Shown here: positions 60,001 through 64,000 of the stretch, piece after piece | Layout: the number at the start of each line of letters is the position of its first letter | How positions within the stretch are numbered: position 1 is the stretch's first letter | NCBI GenBank assembly: GCA_010015585.1 | Contig: ML975157.1 | Direction: 5' to 3' (one strand) | Source: Eremomyces bilateralis CBS 781.70 | Taxonomy: Eukaryota | DNA length: 64,000 bases | Position numbers and translations under genes: made by a program | The notes under the pieces: generated by a model | The model's database searches: none | Seen by the model: only the letters and a program-made list of their open reading frames with translations | Told to the model about the DNA's origin: nothing

Positions 60001-62043
60001 CTTTGGGCTTTCATGGATGCGGAACGGTCGCATTTTGGTTTCGTTACCTGTACGCCGGAATATTTGACTCCAGCTAGACAATTCTCCGGCCATACCTAAC
60101 TTATCATAGTGGGGTTGGCGGTTCGTGCAGGCATCGGTGTATTAGAACCGATGCCGAGTCGAGCACCGGTCGTGATGGACCAGGGAGTCCTCAGTGGTAC
60201 AAACTACAATGCGACCAGTCGCTACCGTAGATTCACATCAGACTTTACGCTCTTTGCCCGGCTTCAAGAGCATCGGCGGTCGCAATGATGATGGGAGGAA
60301 GATGATCATTCATAGCAGTTTTGTCGCCAGCTTGCCGACCAACATGACCAGCGTCCAGTATCTTCAACATCTGGTAAGTGGTAACCGTGCCGGATCGTTC
60401 GGGTTTGAGGAGCTTCAAACCTTCGAGAACAACAGCAGAAGCTATTCCGAGTTTCAATATTCAAACACTTCTTGCGATTCCAGTGCCCCGTCAAGGACCC
60501 CACGCCGCACAGGCCAGTAGTCGCGTGCCGAATAGGATGCCCTGACAGGATACCTAACCACTTCGGGTATCCTTGGTGTCGTGCAATCTGTAATCTGACA
60601 ATTTCGCCGCCGTCATAGAATTCCAGGACTGAGGCTCGGAAGCGATGGCGGTGGGGACTGGCCTGGGGCTTCGATGGAGATCAGAAGCCGGGGATAGGGA
60701 GTTAGGGACGGACAATCAGACGGACACAGTCGACTGACGGCGTGGCGGCGTGATAGTGAGCTGCAATCTGCTGCTGCTGGAGGTTCGAACTTCAAAATTC
60801 CAAAGTTTCAAAATGAGGAGTCGATGAGTTGGCTGTCTCGAGTCTCGACTCTCGTGGGCTGCAAGCCTGGAACAGGATGATCGATAAGGACGCGGAAGTG
60901 GAGGGCAGCAAAATAGTGGGTGCGTTCAAGGATCAGGGATGATGGCAGGGATGGGATCGGGGACAAGGTCAAGGATATCATTGCCTTGCTGGCTCTTGGC
61001 AGCAGGTGCGACTGGCCGGTGGATCCTGGAGCTTCTGCGGTTCGGTAGTTCAGCGGTTGAGCCTTGGGGTTGGGATTGGGCGGTTTGCCCTTTGGGAAAG
61101 CGTGCCGCGTGCCGCGTGGGGGGCCTTCGGCACGGACTTGCTTGCATCTTGCGCACTGGGCACTCTGATAACCCCCTGGAATGGGAATAGACGTACCCCC
61201 ACATTCCCCGTCCTGCTTCCACCGCCCATGTGCCTTTTTCGGAGTCGGTCCAATTATCCAATGGGCAATGATGCTGACCTGGGAGTTTGGACTGCGAATC
61301 TCGACCATCTCCTTCAATCTCTCACCGTTCAACTCCGTTGTCCACGTCGCAATTTAGGATTCGGGGGGCTCGCATGTGCTGGGCTGCTGGTCGTTTCGAT
61401 TGTCCCTCCGTGGCGCCGGAAGGGGAGCGAATCCGCGTTTCATGTCTCATGTCTTCCGTTTTCGCAACTTGCTCTTCTTCGGCAGCGTTTCGAAAAGAGT
61501 GAGCCCCTGTGGGTGATCGATGGCGGTCGGAATCCTCCGTCAAACCTGAAGCAACGTCATCAACGATAGGGCAGATTTGGGGTTGTAGACCTCCATGCTT
61601 TTCATCTCGACTTCGTAGTTCGTACTTCGGTCCGAGATCTTTGGGGGTTGGATCAATACCTCCGAGCCTGGAGGAATCGACAATGGATGAAGAGGACCTT
61701 TTTGCGGCGGATCTAATATGAGGGGGAATCAAGATAGCCCACGTCTGGTTCGAGGCTGGCTCATGATGTTATGCAGACAGCCATCCATTTCATACGACCT
61801 ATCAAGTGGAATGCTCCTAGACAGCCTGGCATGAATGTACACACGTGATAAACTTGAACGTGGAGGCGCGAATTGAAGTCTCCTTGACCGATTGAACGAT
61901 AGAATTGAATCGAAGCTTGCGGCTCTCAATAATACAGATAGGAAAAGAGCAGGACAGAGAGCAGTTTATATGCTCCAGGAATCCAAGTCAACGGGGCTGA
62001 AACCCGAGTTAAAAAAAATCTCTTCTCGTTGGTTCCAGGACCA

Positions 62044-62718
62044 GATAAGTTATCGCGGGTGCCTGTCGAATGTCACACAGCAACATCCCTATCCTACCAA
62101 TGAGCCCACGCGTTGGGCGATGGGAAACTCGCTCTGACCACTCCGAAGTCCACGCAGTCCTGAGCTGAAGACCTTTCGTGCTCAGGTGCGCTGGATATTA
62201 GGACGACATCCTGTCGGTCTCAGACACTTTCGCCGCTTTGTTATCCTCTTGAGTCGACTGACGTTCAATATTTGCCGAAATTCCCATTGCGGAACCAGAC
62301 GCCTTATCTGTAGCAAGTAGTTACATACAATCGTCCCGGGAACCATGATGGTGTGCTCTGAACCTGGTGGCAATCCTCAAAGTTCTGCGTCCAGATCGCG
62401 GAGAACCCTTGTAGTATCACGATAAGATGCGGAGCTTAGGATAAGCTTGCATCACCTTTGGCTGGGTGGGCCTTTTGATACTGTTTAGTCGCTTGGTACC
62501 TGAATCCTGAGGGACCCTGGATCTCATTGAAACATAGTCGAGCTAAACCCAACCATATCCTACTCTTCTTATTTTCGTTCCTCGTTATCCAGATTCCCGT
62601 TGCAAGATCCCGGCCTCATCTCGTTCCCTGGCCAGAGGTAATGCTCAGAGCTGCGGTGCATGTGTTCAAGGCGCGGCTTGTGATCGCAGTATTATCTCCC
62701 GCTTCTGATCCTATTATC
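62044..62718. promoter_or_regulatory. Cluster of nine GATAA/TTATC sites (candidate GATA-factor element)
   Basis: Sites at 62044, 62050, 62241, 62304, 62421, 62440, 62585, 62692 and 62714. Confidence 0.4.
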
Positions 62719-62841
62719 GGGAAGAACGAGCAATGCCCGCTCTATATCGTGGAGTATTCGTAGGGTGACCGCGGACTTGGAACTTCCAATGGATACAAAG
62801 GACTTCGACTTGCAAGTCCAAGTCCCAAGTGACATATCCTC

Positions 62842-63206
62842 TCAATCGCCGTGTCTCTGGGACTCGTTCTGTGAAGACTGCGCAGCATTGTTGGAGTCAC
62901 TCATAGTCTCCTCACCCAACACTTTACTAGCGGCCATAAACCTATTGGACAGATATTAGCTAGGGGACTTGACGGACTGATGATGGATCTCAGAACTCAC
63001 ATCGCACCCGAATAGGCGCCCAACCCACGCATGCTCTCCGCTTGAATCGAGGTCATGCGAAGCAGGTTTTCCAGATCCGACATATGTGCCGTCAGTTGGG
63101 CGAGTTGCGAGTGGAGGTGGGATAGCTGTCGTGGTTTTTGCGAGGGAATGGTGCTCAATCGCGACGCTACTCCAGTCGAAGTGCTTCGTGGTGGTGGTTG
63201 TGACAT
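62842..63206 (-). CDS. HSK3: DASH/Dam1 complex subunit Hsk3 (exons 63206-63001, 62941-62842)
   Basis: KPRQLSHLHSQLAQLTAHMSDLENLLRMTSIQAESMRGLGAYSGAM|FMAASKVLGEE matches the Hsk3 family pattern. Confidence 0.88.
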
Positions 63207-63514
63207 GGTCGACGATTGGTGAGGATCAGATTTCGTTGGGCGGGCAGTTGCGCTATGAGGGGGAGTGTGTGAAGTATTGATGAGAGCTGAAACGCGCAAC
63301 TCTAGTGAATAGTCGAATTAACTAACTTAGACTGATGGTAAGTTAATCTGACCTGGATGTAAACACTGATGCTCGGCGGGATGGTGGTTCATCTAATTTC
63401 TGACTAAGCCGAATGTTGGACGTCACCGAACCTCGTATCAAAACTTTCTCCCAATTTGACGAGAGCAACGGCCACCCTAGATGGTTGCTTTGCCATTAGA
63501 ACGAGCATCTAGAG

Positions 63515-64000
63515 ATGCAGCCACTCATTCTGAAGACTCGCCCGGTACCGTCACTCGACCTGCTCAAATATCTGAGAAAGTTGAACGGTGCCCGCCGCTC
63601 CGTCTCCTCTCAGCATGTCGGGATAAAGGTGGCAACCGGCGAACTCTCTCGACTCCGACCTCTACGATCCCAAATTGGCTCCAGGAATCCCTTCTCAAGA
63701 CTCCAGCTTTCCAGTCGAAATAGATTATGCGGCGTGTCTGTGACAAGGCAATGTCTCGGGATCGCGCGGCCGGAAGGGATTCGACCCTTCACCTCCTACG
63801 TCCGAAACGCCTTCTTCGGACCGTGGACCTCCAAGAAGCGGAAGAACTACGAACAGCTTGAGCCCAATGATCTGCCGATTTCGAGCTTCATCGACGATAC
63901 CTCCTATCCTTCCCGAGTCACCAAAGCCTCCAACGACCTCAAGTTGCGATGTACCGAGTTCGATGAGAACGGGAACGTCACGCTCGTCAACGGGGAATAT
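63515..64000 (+). CDS. MRS2: Mitochondrial CorA-family Mg2+ transporter Mrs2/Lpe10, 5' partial (runs off the window; absent from the ORF track)
   Basis: Open frame from ATG 63515: Arg/Ser/Leu-rich presequence MQPLILKTRPVPSLDLLKYLRK... followed by LKLRCTEFDENGNVTLVNGEY, the conserved start of the Mrs2/Lpe10 domain. Confidence 0.85.
   Translation, partial: MQPLILKTRPVPSLDLLKYLRKLNGARRSVSSQHVGIKVATGELSRLRPLRSQIGSRNPFSRLQLSSRNRLCGVSVTRQCLGIARPEGIRPFTSYVRNAFFGPWTSKKRKNYEQLEPNDLPISSFIDDTSYPSRVTKASNDLKLRCTEFDENGNVTLVNGEY

Noticed and set aside
1..64000. RIP-mutated transposon relics, or a functional cluster of developmental genes (MCM1, PLS1, rid, mcrA-like, areA)
   Set aside because: No AT-rich TpA-skewed block, LTR/TIR or transposase fragment seen. 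The regulators are interleaved with housekeeping genes, so co-location is not evidence of a cluster.

Overview
Gene-dense, intron-containing DNA from a filamentous ascomycete (Pezizomycotina; GT-AG introns with CTRAC branch points). I can build 18 protein-coding gene models by hand. In order they are: MCM1 MADS-box factor, PLS1 tetraspanin, an unannotated PIP-box protein (possibly Nse6/SLF2-like), a Dnf1/2-type P4-ATPase, ADE4, a RID/Masc1-family C5 DNA methyltransferase, a SAM methyltransferase, a BTB protein, two MFS transporters, GNA1, TYW3, a DUF2461 protein, an McrA-like Zn2Cys6 factor, an RQT4/TRIP4 C2HC5 protein, AreA, HSK3 and the 5' part of MRS2/LPE10. I see no transposon, tRNA, rRNA or RIP-degraded block. 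The most unusual element is the DUF2461 gene (36917-40661). Four of its seven introns are 246-924 nt, against ~50-130 nt for the other introns in the window. They are rich in base-paired helices, including an end-to-end closing stem and stems that cover splice signals, which suggests a host gene for undescribed structured RNAs or RNA-structure-controlled splicing. Smaller leads are duplicated CNGG-loop hairpins in the areA 3' UTR, a distal GATAA cluster upstream of areA, a GC-AG intron plus a repeat/SIM tail in RID, and a PIP-box micro-exon missed by the ORF track. All helices were found by eye; no folding program or database search was run.
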